Source: Candidatus Saccharimonadota bacterium
GTDB lineage: Bacteria > Patescibacteriota > Saccharimonadia > Saccharimonadales > JAGPDM01
Length of the DNA: 47,250 nucleotides
Assembly: GCA_018057585.1 (NCBI GenBank)
Contig: JAGPDM010000002.1
Location: 1 to 47,250, forward strand
Reading direction: 5' to 3'
Position 1 is the stretch's first letter. Every line of letters starts with the position of its first letter. Position numbers and translations under genes: made by a program. Of this stretch, positions 17,844-26,999 are shown piece by piece. The notes under the pieces were generated by a model, which saw only the letters and a program-made list of their open reading frames with translations, was not told the origin of the DNA and did no database searches.

Positions 17844-19511
17844 ATGAACCTATTCGTTGAACTCAGCATTATACTTGTCATCGCCGCCGTTGTTGCTGGT
17901 ATTGCCAAGCTACTTAAACAACCCTTAATTATGAGCTACATTTTGACGGGATTAATTGTTGGTGGTAGCGGGTTGCACCTCTTAGAGAATCCAGAAACCC
18001 TAGGTCTTTTCGCCGAATTCGGAATTGCTCTCTTGCTGTTCATTATTGGTCTTGGGCTCAACCCGAAAGTCATAAAGGAAGTTGGTAAAGTTGCCGCTAT
18101 CAGTGGTCTTGGTCAGGTAGTAATCACTTTTATCTTTGGCTTTGGTATAAGCCAACTCCTAGGCTTTGATGGGCAGAGTAGTTTTTACATCTCGGCCGCC
18201 CTAACACTAAGTAGCACTATTATTATCCTGAAGATCATTAGCGACAAGAGCGAGGCGCATAGGTTATATGCCAAGATTGCTACAGGGATATTGCTAGTCC
18301 AGGACCTCGTTGCGACTGGCTTACTAATTTACGTAGCTGCTGCTGGTGGTGGCCAAGTATCTATTGCTAGTCTTTCTGGCATGATAGGCTGGAGTGCTGT
18401 CCTGGCTGCTTCGCTTGCTCTAAGTGCAATCTATATACTTCCAAAGTTCACTAAGTTCATCGCTAGTAGTCAGGAATTTCTATTCTTATTCACGATTGCA
18501 TTTGCGATCGGTGTAGCCAGTCTGTTCGAGGTTGCTGGGCTGTCGATCGAAGTCGGTGCACTTTTCGCCGGTGTAGCTCTTGCTAACCAAACCTACGCAC
18601 AAGAAGTCGCTAGCAGATTGCGGCCATTAAGAGATTTCTTTATCGTTATATTTTTCGTTCTACTCGGTGCCACACTACAGCTAGACAGTGTTGGAGGCGT
18701 AATAATTCCTGTAATTCTACTTAGCCTGTTTGTGATGATCGGCAATCCGCTTATTGTCATGACCATCACTGGACTTCTTGGCTACACAAAACGAACTAGC
18801 TTTAAAGCCGGCATTGCTATGGCTCAGATCAGTGAGTTTAGCTTGGTCTTTATCGTGCTAGCAAACGAGCTTAAACAAGTGAATTCTGAGGTTGTGGCCC
18901 TGGTAACTTTAGTTGGGATAATCACAATTGCTGGCTCGACCTACCTGATGCAATACGATGAAAAGCTCTATGAACTGTTCGAAAAGTACCTAAGTTTATT
19001 TGAACGACGCGAAATCCGTTATGTTCAGAAGCCAGATGTTAAAACTGACATCTTGCTGTTTGGCTATGCCAAGGGTGGCCAGGAGTTCGTTAAAACTTTC
19101 AAAAAATTAGGCAAGAGCTACACGGTTGTAGATTACGACCCAGAAGCAGCCGATCACTTAATCGACAATAAAATACCTTTCGTTTATGGCGACATGACCG
19201 ATGTTGAGTTCCTCGGCGAGCTAGGACTTGATAGTGCCAAGGTGGTTGTATCTACTGTCACTAATCCTGCCAGTAATTTATTCATTACTCGTTATGTTAG
19301 ATCTAAAAATAACCGAGCAGTTATAATTGTCCACTCCGAAAGTCCGAAAGATGCAGTTAGATTATACGAAGAGGGCGCAACCTACGTCATGATGCCTCAT
19401 TATATTGGTAGTGAAAGAGTTGGACACATGCTTCGCAAAAATGGATTAAAGAAATCTGATTTCACTCCTGCTCGAGAACGCCACATGCGCTATGTCGAAA
19501 AGCACCTGTAG
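17844..19511 (+). CDS. cation:proton antiporter (CPA2/Kef type) with C-terminal RCK/TrkA-N domain
   Basis: About 12 TM helices, then ILLFGYAKGGQEFVKTF, a Rossmann-like segment. Confidence 0.85.
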   Translation: MNLFVELSIILVIAAVVAGIAKLLKQPLIMSYILTGLIVGGSGLHLLENPETLGLFAEFGIALLLFIIGLGLNPKVIKEVGKVAAISGLGQVVITFIFGFGISQLLGFDGQSSFYISAALTLSSTIIILKIISDKSEAHRLYAKIATGILLVQDLVATGLLIYVAAAGGGQVSIASLSGMIGWSAVLAASLALSAIYILPKFTKFIASSQEFLFLFTIAFAIGVASLFEVAGLSIEVGALFAGVALANQTYAQEVASRLRPLRDFFIVIFFVLLGATLQLDSVGGVIIPVILLSLFVMIGNPLIVMTITGLLGYTKRTSFKAGIAMAQISEFSLVFIVLANELKQVNSEVVALVTLVGIITIAGSTYLMQYDEKLYELFEKYLSLFERREIRYVQKPDVKTDILLFGYAKGGQEFVKTFKKLGKSYTVVDYDPEAADHLIDNKIPFVYGDMTDVEFLGELGLDSAKVVVSTVTNPASNLFITRYVRSKNNRAVIIVHSESPKDAVRLYEEGATYVMMPHYIGSERVGHMLRKNGLKKSDFTPARERHMRYVEKHL

Positions 19512-19512
19512 C

Positions 19513-19908
19513 CTAGTCGCTGGCACCAGATTTCTTATTACCTTCTGTATCGACAAAATCTAGTGAATTAGAGTTTACACAGAATCTCTCTCCAGTTGTT
19601 TCCTTTGGGCCGTCATTAAAGACGTGTCCAAGATGCCCTCCACATTTAGCGCAGACAACTTCAGTTCGCTTCATACCTAACGATGAATCTGTTATTTCTT
19701 TAGTTGATCCAGGTATTGATTTGTCGAAACTCGGCCAGCCAGATCCAGAATCAAATTTTGATGATGACTCAAATAATTGATTTCCGCATGCCGCACACTG
19801 GAATTTACCTTCGGATTTTTCGTTTAGCAATTTACCCGTAAATGGTGCTTCCGTAGCTGAATCCTGCAATACTTGCTTCTGTTTAGTGGTTAAATGATCA
19901 TCTGTCAT
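19513..19908 (-). CDS. msrB: peptide-methionine (R)-S-oxide reductase MsrB
   Basis: CAACGNQLF ... GWPSF ... CAKCGGHLGHVF motifs. Confidence 0.95.
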   Translation of the reverse strand: MTDDHLTTKQKQVLQDSATEAPFTGKLLNEKSEGKFQCAACGNQLFESSSKFDSGSGWPSFDKSIPGSTKEITDSSLGMKRTEVVCAKCGGHLGHVFNDGPKETTGERFCVNSNSLDFVDTEGNKKSGASD

Positions 19909-19991
19909 CTCGTCTCCTTTAAATCTTTTTACTCGACATCATTTGCTATAAGAGCCTACAATGTATGTACTAATTATACAGGAGTCCACAA

Positions 19992-20498
19992 ATGAGTGAT
20001 CGGACAATTTATCTAGCCGGTGGTTGCTTCTGGGGGTTAGAAGAATTATTCAGACAGCAAAAAGGTGTTACTAATACCGAGGTAGGCTACACGGGCGGAA
20101 GTAACGATAGCCCTAGCTACGAAAATCACGACAGCCATGCTGAAACACTAGCAGTCAGCTTTAATGATAATAAAACCAGCTACAAACAGTTACTAGATTT
20201 TTTCTTTCGGGTGCATGATCCAACAACAAAGGACCGCCAGGGTAACGACATCGGCAAGTCTTACCGTTCAGCAATCTTCTATCAGAGCGAAGAGGAAAGG
20301 AGCCAGGCACTTGAGGTTATTGCCGAAGTAGATAAATCAGGCTTATATCCAAACGCAGTAGTTACTACTTTAGAAAAATACGACAAATTCTGGTCAGCCG
20401 AAGACTACCACCAAGATTATTTGCAGAAAAACCCTGGCGGCTATACATGCCACTATATCCGTTCAGAAACTCCGATACTGAGGCTAGCCTCTAAATAA
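19992..20498 (+). CDS. msrA: peptide-methionine (S)-S-oxide reductase MsrA
   Basis: GGCFWGLEE active-site motif, 168 aa. Confidence 0.95.
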   Translation: MSDRTIYLAGGCFWGLEELFRQQKGVTNTEVGYTGGSNDSPSYENHDSHAETLAVSFNDNKTSYKQLLDFFFRVHDPTTKDRQGNDIGKSYRSAIFYQSEEERSQALEVIAEVDKSGLYPNAVVTTLEKYDKFWSAEDYHQDYLQKNPGGYTCHYIRSETPILRLASK

Positions 20499-20529
20499 GT
20501 TTGGGTGCAACATATTATTATGCTTATCA

Positions 20530-21384
20530 TTAGTCTAATTTGATGCTAGTTTTTCCTATTATTTTCTGTACAGAGAAGTATAGTCCGCAGATCACGAGGG
20601 TTGTCATTAGAGTCGTAAAAAGATTTAGTGTCGCCGATGTTTCATTTACAGAATTTACGGTTTCAAATAAATATAACTGTTCGAAACCAAACCTAAACGA
20701 TTCATCGAAACCAAAAGCACTCACCAAAACTGAACCGAATAATTGCAGTATTAAAATCACCAGGAAAACTCTCACAAAAACTGAATATACTCTGTGCGAT
20801 TTTCTCTTCTTTGTCTGTGCTTTTTCTGCCAATTTAATAGCTTTTTCATGATCTGAATATACATTCATACCCTCTGGACTGTCGACAACATAAGCATTTC
20901 TAAATGGCAGATACTTCCATAACTTAGAGGATAGCCACAAATCACCGACCGCACCAGCAAAGTTGCCCACGAAACCAATCAGAAACAATGCTTGATATTG
21001 CGGGAATATTCTTACAGCCATTATGAAAAATGCCGATAACACGAGCAGGGGCATATAGGAGGTTAAAAGAGCCTGCCTGATTGATATTCTGTCTTTCGAT
21101 GTAGCATATGCAACTGGCATTATACCCAAAATTGCTGCTCCAAACTTCGGTTTTGCACCGGCAATTGCAAAGCCGACGCCGTGTAGTAATTCATGTGAGA
21201 TTATCGTCAAAACATAGACAGCCAAACTTGGCCAACCTAGTGAGCCGTGATCCTGAGAAGCATTTCCTACGTAACTAAATATCGCTCCACCTAAGAAAAA
21301 CATAAACACCATCTGAACAGTCAGTGCTATCGATTGTGATTTATCTATTGTAATAGTTTCAATTTTTTTCATGTTATTCCTCAC
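20530..21384 (-). CDS. membrane protein, putative zincin-like metallopeptidase (DUF3267-like)
   Basis: HELLHG motif within a polytopic membrane protein. Confidence 0.45.
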   Translation of the reverse strand: MRNNMKKIETITIDKSQSIALTVQMVFMFFLGGAIFSYVGNASQDHGSLGWPSLAVYVLTIISHELLHGVGFAIAGAKPKFGAAILGIMPVAYATSKDRISIRQALLTSYMPLLVLSAFFIMAVRIFPQYQALFLIGFVGNFAGAVGDLWLSSKLWKYLPFRNAYVVDSPEGMNVYSDHEKAIKLAEKAQTKKRKSHRVYSVFVRVFLVILILQLFGSVLVSAFGFDESFRFGFEQLYLFETVNSVNETSATLNLFTTLMTTLVICGLYFSVQKIIGKTSIKLD

Positions 21385-21446
21385 TATAATTGTTTATTTA
21401 TGTTACTTTTGTCTAGGTAGATTATGATGAGTTATTTATTTCTATT

Positions 21447-21650
21447 TTAATTTTTGCGTGAGCCATCTAAGTATGTAAAAAGTGCACTGACTGCAAACAT
21501 AATGGCGGCAAGATAATTCCATTTAGATTGCGTAAGCCCAAGAGCAGTATTTATGCCAGCTGCAATAAAAAGCATAATAAATGTTATTTTCTTCATAGCA
21601 CAATTTATACGCGAGTACGGTAGCCTTGGATAGAGCCAAATTATCCACAC
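21447..21650 (-). CDS. small membrane protein (hypothetical)
   Basis: 67 aa ORF with two hydrophobic helices; a shorter start is possible. Confidence 0.3.
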   Translation of the reverse strand: MWIIWLYPRLPYSRINCAMKKITFIMLFIAAGINTALGLTQSKWNYLAAIMFAVSALFTYLDGSRKN

Positions 21651-21677
21651 TTATCAGACGATAGTAATTATCTCAAA

Positions 21678-22082
21678 CTACTTAGAAGACTTAGGAATTT
21701 TGTTTTTTCTATTCTTATTAATGTATATAATTACTAATGTTGCAGTAAAGCTACTAACAAACGTAGCCGTACGATTATATTTGAGAGGTTTTGTATCTCG
21801 CATATTGGCGTCGTCTCCAAAATACTGCTTAAATCCGAATGGGAACGTTTTCTGAGCGTAATAGTTATTCTGCACGCAGCCTGTCATCTCTTTGCTGTTT
21901 GGAATTTCATCTCCACACTCGCTGTCCGAAGACCTAGTGTCGCTGCATCCATAAGTAGAAATCCCGATGCCTTTTTCTACCAGTCCGCACGGCGGCAACT
22001 TAGAACTGCTCAGATTAAATGTTAGTCCTGTAAGAACGAGCCCAACCAGTGTTGCAACGAACAGATTACGCAGATGTATCAT
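21678..22082 (-). CDS. hypothetical protein with N- and C-terminal hydrophobic segments and a Cys-rich central region
   Basis: 134 aa. N-terminal hydrophobic segment, C-terminal TM plus a basic tail. Confidence 0.4.
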   Translation of the reverse strand: MIHLRNLFVATLVGLVLTGLTFNLSSSKLPPCGLVEKGIGISTYGCSDTRSSDSECGDEIPNSKEMTGCVQNNYYAQKTFPFGFKQYFGDDANMRDTKPLKYNRTATFVSSFTATLVIIYINKNRKNKIPKSSK

Positions 22083-22235
22083 TTTTAAACTATATCAGAA
22101 CCCATCTACAAGGAGTAGTCGCTAATCAATTATCCTGGAACCGTATCTTATCTTTAATAAAACAGAGCTAGCACCAAACTAGGTTATGATATAATTGCAA
22201 TAACTGAAAATTAGTATTTTATTGAGGACTAACCA

Positions 22236-22778
22236 ATCGATAACAACTTTAAGCAACTAATCGAATCTATTGCCGAAGATCCAAATAGAGAAGGTCTACA
22301 GCAAACACCACAGCGGGCGGCCAAGTCATTTGCGTACCTGACAAAAGGCTACGAAGAAGATGTAACAGACATTATTAACGGAGCTATTTTTGAATCAAAT
22401 AGTGACGAAATGATAATAGTAAAAGATATCGAACTGTATTCACTGTGCGAACACCACTTACTGCCGTTCTTTGGATCTTGCCATGTTGGCTATATTCCAA
22501 ATGGAAAAATCATCGGTTTATCTAAAATCGCCAGGATCGTCGACGTCTTTGCACGCAGGCTACAGGTCCAAGAAAACCTAACTCAGCAAATTGCTGAAAC
22601 ATTGCTAGATCACACTGGAGCTAAGGGTGTTGGCGTGGTGGTTGAAGCTCAGCATCTTTGTATGATGATGCGCGGTGTCGAAAAGCAGAGCTCGTCAATG
22701 AAAACCTCTTGTATGCTTGGCAACTTCAGGAAAAACGATTCTACTCGTTCAGAATTTATTAATCTTATTAATAACTAA
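22236..22778 (+). CDS. folE: GTP cyclohydrolase I FolE (apparent non-canonical ATC start)
   Basis: [17 protein letters not shown] and CEHHLLPF motifs. The conserved N-terminal 58 codons lie upstream of the first ATG (22410). In-frame TAA at 22230-22232. GAGG at 22224-22227 lies 8 nt before the ATC at 22236. Confidence 0.8.
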   Translation: MDNNFKQLIESIAEDPNREGLQQTPQRAAKSFAYLTKGYEEDVTDIINGAIFESNSDEMIIVKDIELYSLCEHHLLPFFGSCHVGYIPNGKIIGLSKIARIVDVFARRLQVQENLTQQIAETLLDHTGAKGVGVVVEAQHLCMMMRGVEKQSSSMKTSCMLGNFRKNDSTRSEFINLINN

Positions 22779-22785
22779 GCCTTAT

Positions 22786-23142
22786 ATGAATACTACAGTT
22801 CGAATTAATAATTTGCGCATATCAACCATTATCGGCGTCAATCCCTGGGAACGAGAAAACGAACAAGAGATAATAATTAATGTCTCCTTCAAATATGATG
22901 CTCAGCAAGCAGTTATAAACGACGATATAAAAGCAGCAATCGATTATTCCGTTCTGCAAAAAAAAATAACCGAGAAGCTAAAATCGTCGAATTTTCAACT
23001 GATCGAAGCTTTAGCTGAAATGATATTAAAATTTATTTTAGAAGATAAACTAATTGATGAGGCACAAGTTAGAATCGATAAACCAAATGGCATCAAATCA
23101 GCAGACTCAGTTTCTGTCGAACTTAAAGGAAGTAACGCATAA
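22786..23142 (+). CDS. folB: dihydroneopterin aldolase FolB
   Basis: 118 aa. IGVNPWERENEQEIIINV is typical of FolB. Follows folE. Confidence 0.75.
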   Translation: MNTTVRINNLRISTIIGVNPWERENEQEIIINVSFKYDAQQAVINDDIKAAIDYSVLQKKITEKLKSSNFQLIEALAEMILKFILEDKLIDEAQVRIDKPNGIKSADSVSVELKGSNA

Positions 23143-23156
23143 AGTCTGTGGAATAA

Positions 23157-23540
23157 TTATAAATTCGATTCAAGAAAAGCCTTTAGACCAAGAAGGTCTT
23201 TTTCGATTGGATTGTAATGATATGTTTTAATCCCAGCTGTCTCCGCACTTTTAACAGCTTCTGGATTGTGCTCAAACAAGACTACTTGGCTACTTTTCAA
23301 ATTATAATTATCTAGCATTAGCTCAAAATATCTTGGATTGAATTTTTCTGGATCATGCTTTAAGGTAAATATCTCATATGGCACCTTATGTAGGTTGAAT
23401 TTCTTGAATTGTTCATCGTTTGCACCAGTAAGTACGATCTTTCTATTGGGAAAAGACTCAAGCATTTCGAACATTTCTTGAAATAAAGTACCATCTTTCA
23501 ATACTATTCCATCGATTGCATCTACTAGTATTGTTTTCAT
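23157..23540 (-). CDS. small HAD-like hydrolase family protein
   Basis: MKTILVDAIDGIV N-terminus and a C-terminal VLFEHNPEAVKSAETAGIKT segment. Start moved to Met25 of the ORF. Confidence 0.5.
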   Translation of the reverse strand: MKTILVDAIDGIVLKDGTLFQEMFEMLESFPNRKIVLTGANDEQFKKFNLHKVPYEIFTLKHDPEKFNPRYFELMLDNYNLKSSQVVLFEHNPEAVKSAETAGIKTYHYNPIEKDLLGLKAFLESNL

Positions 23541-23635
23541 AGCCTTATTGTAACAAATATTAAAAGTAGCCGCACAAGCACCTAACTTTTTTATACATAG
23601 CTTTATATTCACTAATTAACTCAGAAATAACTGGT

Positions 23636-23758
23636 TTACCCGCAGCTCCAGAATAAGCTTCGAAACAAAAGCTTGTCATGTACTTTGTGATATTTGTCGG
23701 CATACACAGTCAGCGTACCGCCCATATCAAACCAGAGATCTTTTATATCATTTTTCAT
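23636..23758 (-). pseudogene. possible remnant of a HAD-type hydrolase N-terminus
   Basis: 40-codon ORF MKNDIKDLWFDMGGTLTVY..., a motif-I-like sequence truncated by TAA. Lies directly upstream of the HAD-like ORF. Confidence 0.3.
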
Positions 23759-23811
23759 ATAGTGATTATAACAAAAGCAATAGCAGATAGCTTAATAATC
23801 TAAAGCTTGAT

Positions 23812-24351
23812 TTATTTTATTCGTGCTTCTAGTGTTCGCTTTATGTACAGAAAGTAGGCGACTGCGATTCTGTCCGCTGCCCACATCTCTTTTGCTTTGG
23901 GCTGCCATTTGAAGGGCAGCTCTCCGTAGCCTCTCTCAATGAACGACTTGCCGAAGAATATCCCCCACCTGCCATCGTTCACCAACGCTAAGGCTTTCGA
24001 GTCTCTTGGAAATATATATAAAGTTCCTGGATCCGGTGACTGCACATTTCTTATCTGATCTAACGGCAGTTCGTGTATCTTCCCATCCTTATTAGTTATA
24101 ATCTTAATTGCATTATCGACAACAACAATAGTCGCAGATTCATCTAAGCCTGGACCACTAAAGCCAACGTTAAATTTACATTCCTCCGGGATAGATACTA
24201 TCTGATCAACTTCATAATTGTCGATTTTGTGGAACTTATTTTGACGATATTTAGCTGAAACGTCCATAAGCTTCCGCGCTGAAAGTTTTATATAAACTGG
24301 AATTAAGATTGCAATAATTATGACCAGTGAAACAATTTGCAAATTAATCAT
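23812..24351 (-). CDS. membrane-anchored hypothetical protein
   Basis: 179 aa, N-terminal TM, no motif recognised. Confidence 0.45.
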   Translation of the reverse strand: MINLQIVSLVIIIAILIPVYIKLSARKLMDVSAKYRQNKFHKIDNYEVDQIVSIPEECKFNVGFSGPGLDESATIVVVDNAIKIITNKDGKIHELPLDQIRNVQSPDPGTLYIFPRDSKALALVNDGRWGIFFGKSFIERGYGELPFKWQPKAKEMWAADRIAVAYFLYIKRTLEARIK

Positions 24352-24406
24352 AACTAGATAATAGCAAACCTCTCAATCTGCGCATATACAGACTGTCAAA
24401 AATCAA

Positions 24407-24655
24407 TCATATCCGGCCGCAGGCAAGACCTAGCCAGACAGATAAGAATAATAAAATCGAAGTAAATATTGCTAATATTATGAGCAATATACTTATACTT
24501 ATTTTAAATTTACCACTTTTATTTAGCGTTCTTATTTTGCGTAAAATATAAGCAACGACAAGCCATCCCGTAATAAAGAAGAGGAAAGCTAGAAACTGTT
24601 TAAGGCTTTTGTTTGGGTCGCATTGACCTGTTCCGAAAAAAGCAAAGTAATCCAT
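24407..24655 (-). CDS. small membrane protein (hypothetical)
   Basis: 82 aa, two TM helices. Confidence 0.35.
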   Translation of the reverse strand: MDYFAFFGTGQCDPNKSLKQFLAFLFFITGWLVVAYILRKIRTLNKSGKFKISISILLIILAIFTSILLFLSVWLGLACGRI

Positions 24656-24699
24656 GAGTTAGATTATATCAAACAGAATCGCATACACTGCACTGATAA

Positions 24700-25093
24700 T
24701 TACTGGAATGAAGGCCCAATCTTGAACTCAGAAACTTCCACTTCTGCCCAGACATTTTCGATCACGTATGGCTCCATCTCTAGGAGCGGCAAAACACTGC
24801 CAGACGCAATTATTGAGATGATACCGTTACTTCGCAGATAGTCGAACAGTTCATAAGCTCCATCACGTAGATAGTCGGACTTTTCGACTAGTTCTTCCAG
24901 GTCTTGTTTCGTTATGCCTTTTAAGAAATTTATACGTTGAACTAGCCCAGATAGACCGGTGAGGTTTCCCTCCCAAATTGCCTATTTAGCTCCATGCTTT
25001 CGACCTGCTTACCAACAGTTTTTGCAAGCAAGTCTGACATATCTTCTGTCGTTATCGTCCCATCAAAATCAATGACTACTGCTTTTGCCTTCA
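24700..25093 (-). pseudogene. HAD-IB (phosphoserine phosphatase-like) pseudogene: frameshifted and C-terminally truncated
   Basis: Frame 1: MKAKAVVIDFDGTITTEDMSDLLAKTVGKQVESMELNRQF... stops at 24942-24944. The adjacent frame continues GNLTGLSGLVQRINFLKGITKQDLEEL...IISIIASGSVLP and stops at 24700. The later HAD motifs are absent. Confidence 0.65.
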
Positions 25094-25155
25094 TAGTTAT
25101 GCACTATATCAAATCAAAGTAATTATCATGTCCACATAATTAAAAGAGGACTCTG

Positions 25156-25174
25156 TTGGAGGGCCAGGAGGGAC
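25156..25174. repeat. 19-nt direct duplicate of the tRNA-Lys 3' end (TTGGAGGGCCAGGAGGGAC)
   Basis: Identical to 25333-25351. Confidence 0.9.
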
Positions 25175-25302
25175 GACGCAGCGGAGCTGCTATTCCGTCG
25201 CTGCGAGTCTTACGAGTGAACTCGACGAGTCTCGCTCCTTACGAACCCTTTTTGCTAAAGCAAAATACGGGTTCGAAGTTCACTGCGTGAACTTGCCAAT
25301 TC

Positions 25303-25326
25303 AAAAAGTCCCCCGCTAAGGGACTT
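25303..25326 (-). terminator. intrinsic terminator after tRNA-Lys
   Basis: Minus strand: GTCCC-ttagcg-GGGGAC followed by TTTTT. Confidence 0.75.
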
Positions 25327-25333
25327 CATGAAT

Positions 25334-25410
25334 TGGAGGGCCAGGAGGGACTCGAACCCTCGACACCGGGCTTAAAAGGCCCGTGCTCTAACCAGCTGAG
25401 CTACTGGCCC
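25334..25410 (-). tRNA. tRNA-Lys (anticodon UUU), CCA encoded
   Basis: Cloverleaf by hand: GGGCCAG/CTGGCCC acceptor, GCTC/GAGC D stem, CGGGC-CTTTTAA-GCCCG anticodon arm, GAGGG-TTCGAGT-CCCTC T arm. Confidence 0.93.
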
Positions 25411-25524
25411 ACTTCTTAATTGTACTTTGCTCACTCATTTTACACCAAGTTGCTTTTACCAGAGTTGAGGGTTAGAGCACAGAGTGCTTATTGATCCTAC
25501 TCGGCGTCAAGCACCTCGGACAGG

Positions 25525-25542
25525 CAGCTGAGCTACTGGCCC
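25525..25542. repeat. 18-nt direct duplicate of the tRNA-Lys 5' end (CAGCTGAGCTACTGGCCC)
   Basis: Identical to 25393-25410. Confidence 0.9.
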
Positions 25543-25622
25543 TAGTCGAAACTTGTTAAATTTTACCGCACAACCTCTGTTGTTGCAACATTTTCTAACA
25601 GACATGCACGTCGCAATATCTA

Positions 25623-25961
25623 TTAATTCGTCAAAATATGAACATCGACAAACCAAGTTGTCGCAAATGCCGAGTGCAAGTGGCCAAACAAAGCCTGGTC
25701 ACCTTCCCTGCCTAGTGTCACGTGAATATGAACATTGCCACTATCAACACTGCCAGTTCCAGACAACTCTAACGGTTCGTCATACTCATTAAGCACATCT
25801 TTAGTAGCATCTTCTTTCCGCATGCTGGAGATTGTAATCTGATCAACTCCGCCGATCACCGAGACTATCGAAGCCTCTGTGATTCCATCCTCTTTAAGTT
25901 TAGCGGTTAGTGAAGCAACTACTTCATCGACGCCGGAGAACCTATATTTTACTAGCTTCAT
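25623..25961 (-). CDS. PPC (DUF296) domain protein
   Basis: 112 aa. The pattern IVSVIGGVDQITI ... HIHVTLG ... FGHLH is typical of PPC/DUF296. Confidence 0.65.
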   Translation of the reverse strand: MKLVKYRFSGVDEVVASLTAKLKEDGITEASIVSVIGGVDQITISSMRKEDATKDVLNEYDEPLELSGTGSVDSGNVHIHVTLGREGDQALFGHLHSAFATTWFVDVHILTN

Positions 25962-26347
25962 TAAACTATTGGAGGTTGGTTGCTCGGTGGAATTGGTACT
26001 GATTCAGGACCAACTGGGTTAACGTTGATACCAGAATCGTCAGCAATTTGGTTGTAAGCACTCTGACATAACGCCATCGGAATAATTGGTGTTACGAATA
26101 TGCTTAAAAGAAAGTTTAGTATCGCACTGGACTGGTTGTTTGTTACTTGCTGAGCTCCCTCAAAATACTTCCATTGCCAGTAGAGACCACCTACAAATGG
26201 GATCAACATCAGCCAGGCTGTAGGAATTTGGGCTCCACGCCTATTCAATTCGCCCTTTGTCTTAACAAACCAAACAAGTGCATAGATCCCAAATGTTACA
26301 AATGGCAATAATATAACTGCTGCTAAACTTCTTTTCTTCATATTCAC
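25961..26347 (-). CDS. DUF4234-like membrane protein
   Basis: RSLAAVILLPFVTFGIYALVWFVKTKGELN resembles the DUF4234 signature. 128 aa. Confidence 0.55.
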   Translation of the reverse strand: MNMKKRSLAAVILLPFVTFGIYALVWFVKTKGELNRRGAQIPTAWLMLIPFVGGLYWQWKYFEGAQQVTNNQSSAILNFLLSIFVTPIIPMALCQSAYNQIADDSGINVNPVGPESVPIPPSNQPPIV

Positions 26348-26400
26348 CCCTTATTTATTACTGTTTAAAGTTTAACCCTATCGCTGAGCACATGTCTAGC

Positions 26401-26958
26401 TTATCGATGCTTTTTAGGACGACCGCGCTTGGGCCGTGTCCTTTCGCTCATGAAACTAAATAGAGCAACGAGAACTGCCGCAAGAACTAGAATGTTTAAA
26501 TATTCTTGGCTTAGTGCAATGAGCTTTGACTGGCTAGTTAGCTGCGATTGCATACTAACAGTTAAGAATCTGATGGTTAATGAGGTTACAAATACCGACC
26601 AAAAGAGTGCCGGTAAGATCTGGTTCAGAATCCGGCCAGATTGCGTTGCACGAAAGTGATGTCCAATCAAAAGGGGTGGGATTATTAACAGTCCTATAGC
26701 GACGGTGGACTTAGCCAAGTCGCTCTCAGCACTTGGTAAGACAGAAACTAACCCATCATAAATCACTGAGCCCCAAAGCGTACTGAGCAAAAATCCAGCA
26801 CAAGTGACCATTATCATTAGTGAGACATGCGTCCGCAGAGCCAATACTGTGATGACCAAGATCATGGTTATAACAAATACAGCTAATTCAAAATTACTAA
26901 CGCCAGTAGGTAAATTAGTTGGGATTTTCGTTGTTAGGTTTGTTATATAATCCATCAT
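26401..26958 (-). CDS. polytopic membrane protein (hypothetical)
   Basis: 185 aa, about 5 TM helices, basic C-terminus. Confidence 0.45.
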   Translation of the reverse strand: MMDYITNLTTKIPTNLPTGVSNFELAVFVITMILVITVLALRTHVSLMIMVTCAGFLLSTLWGSVIYDGLVSVLPSAESDLAKSTVAIGLLIIPPLLIGHHFRATQSGRILNQILPALFWSVFVTSLTIRFLTVSMQSQLTSQSKLIALSQEYLNILVLAAVLVALFSFMSERTRPKRGRPKKHR

Positions 26959-26999
26959 GCTTTAGCTTATCATAAAACTACTTGTTTACTGATGTCGGG

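Noticed and set aside
22083-22235. Riboswitch (THF-II/folE motif or preQ1) upstream of folE.
   Set aside because: A TATAAT at about 22190-22195 leaves only about 35 nt of leader. No conserved hairpin or pseudoknot is visible.
25175-25332. The GC-rich structured insert as SRP RNA, tmRNA or another housekeeping RNA.
   Set aside because: It lacks the SRP domain IV motif (GGAA tetraloop flanked by the AGCA/GGAAGCAGC-type loops in a paired context). It also lacks a tmRNA acceptor with G3-U70 and a tag ORF. It is left as unclassified.
25411-25545. Possible second tRNA or intron-containing tRNA upstream of tRNA-Lys.
   Set aside because: Only the first 18 nt match. No D, anticodon or T arms can be folded. 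The D-arm-like GGTTAGAGCAC is on the opposite strand.
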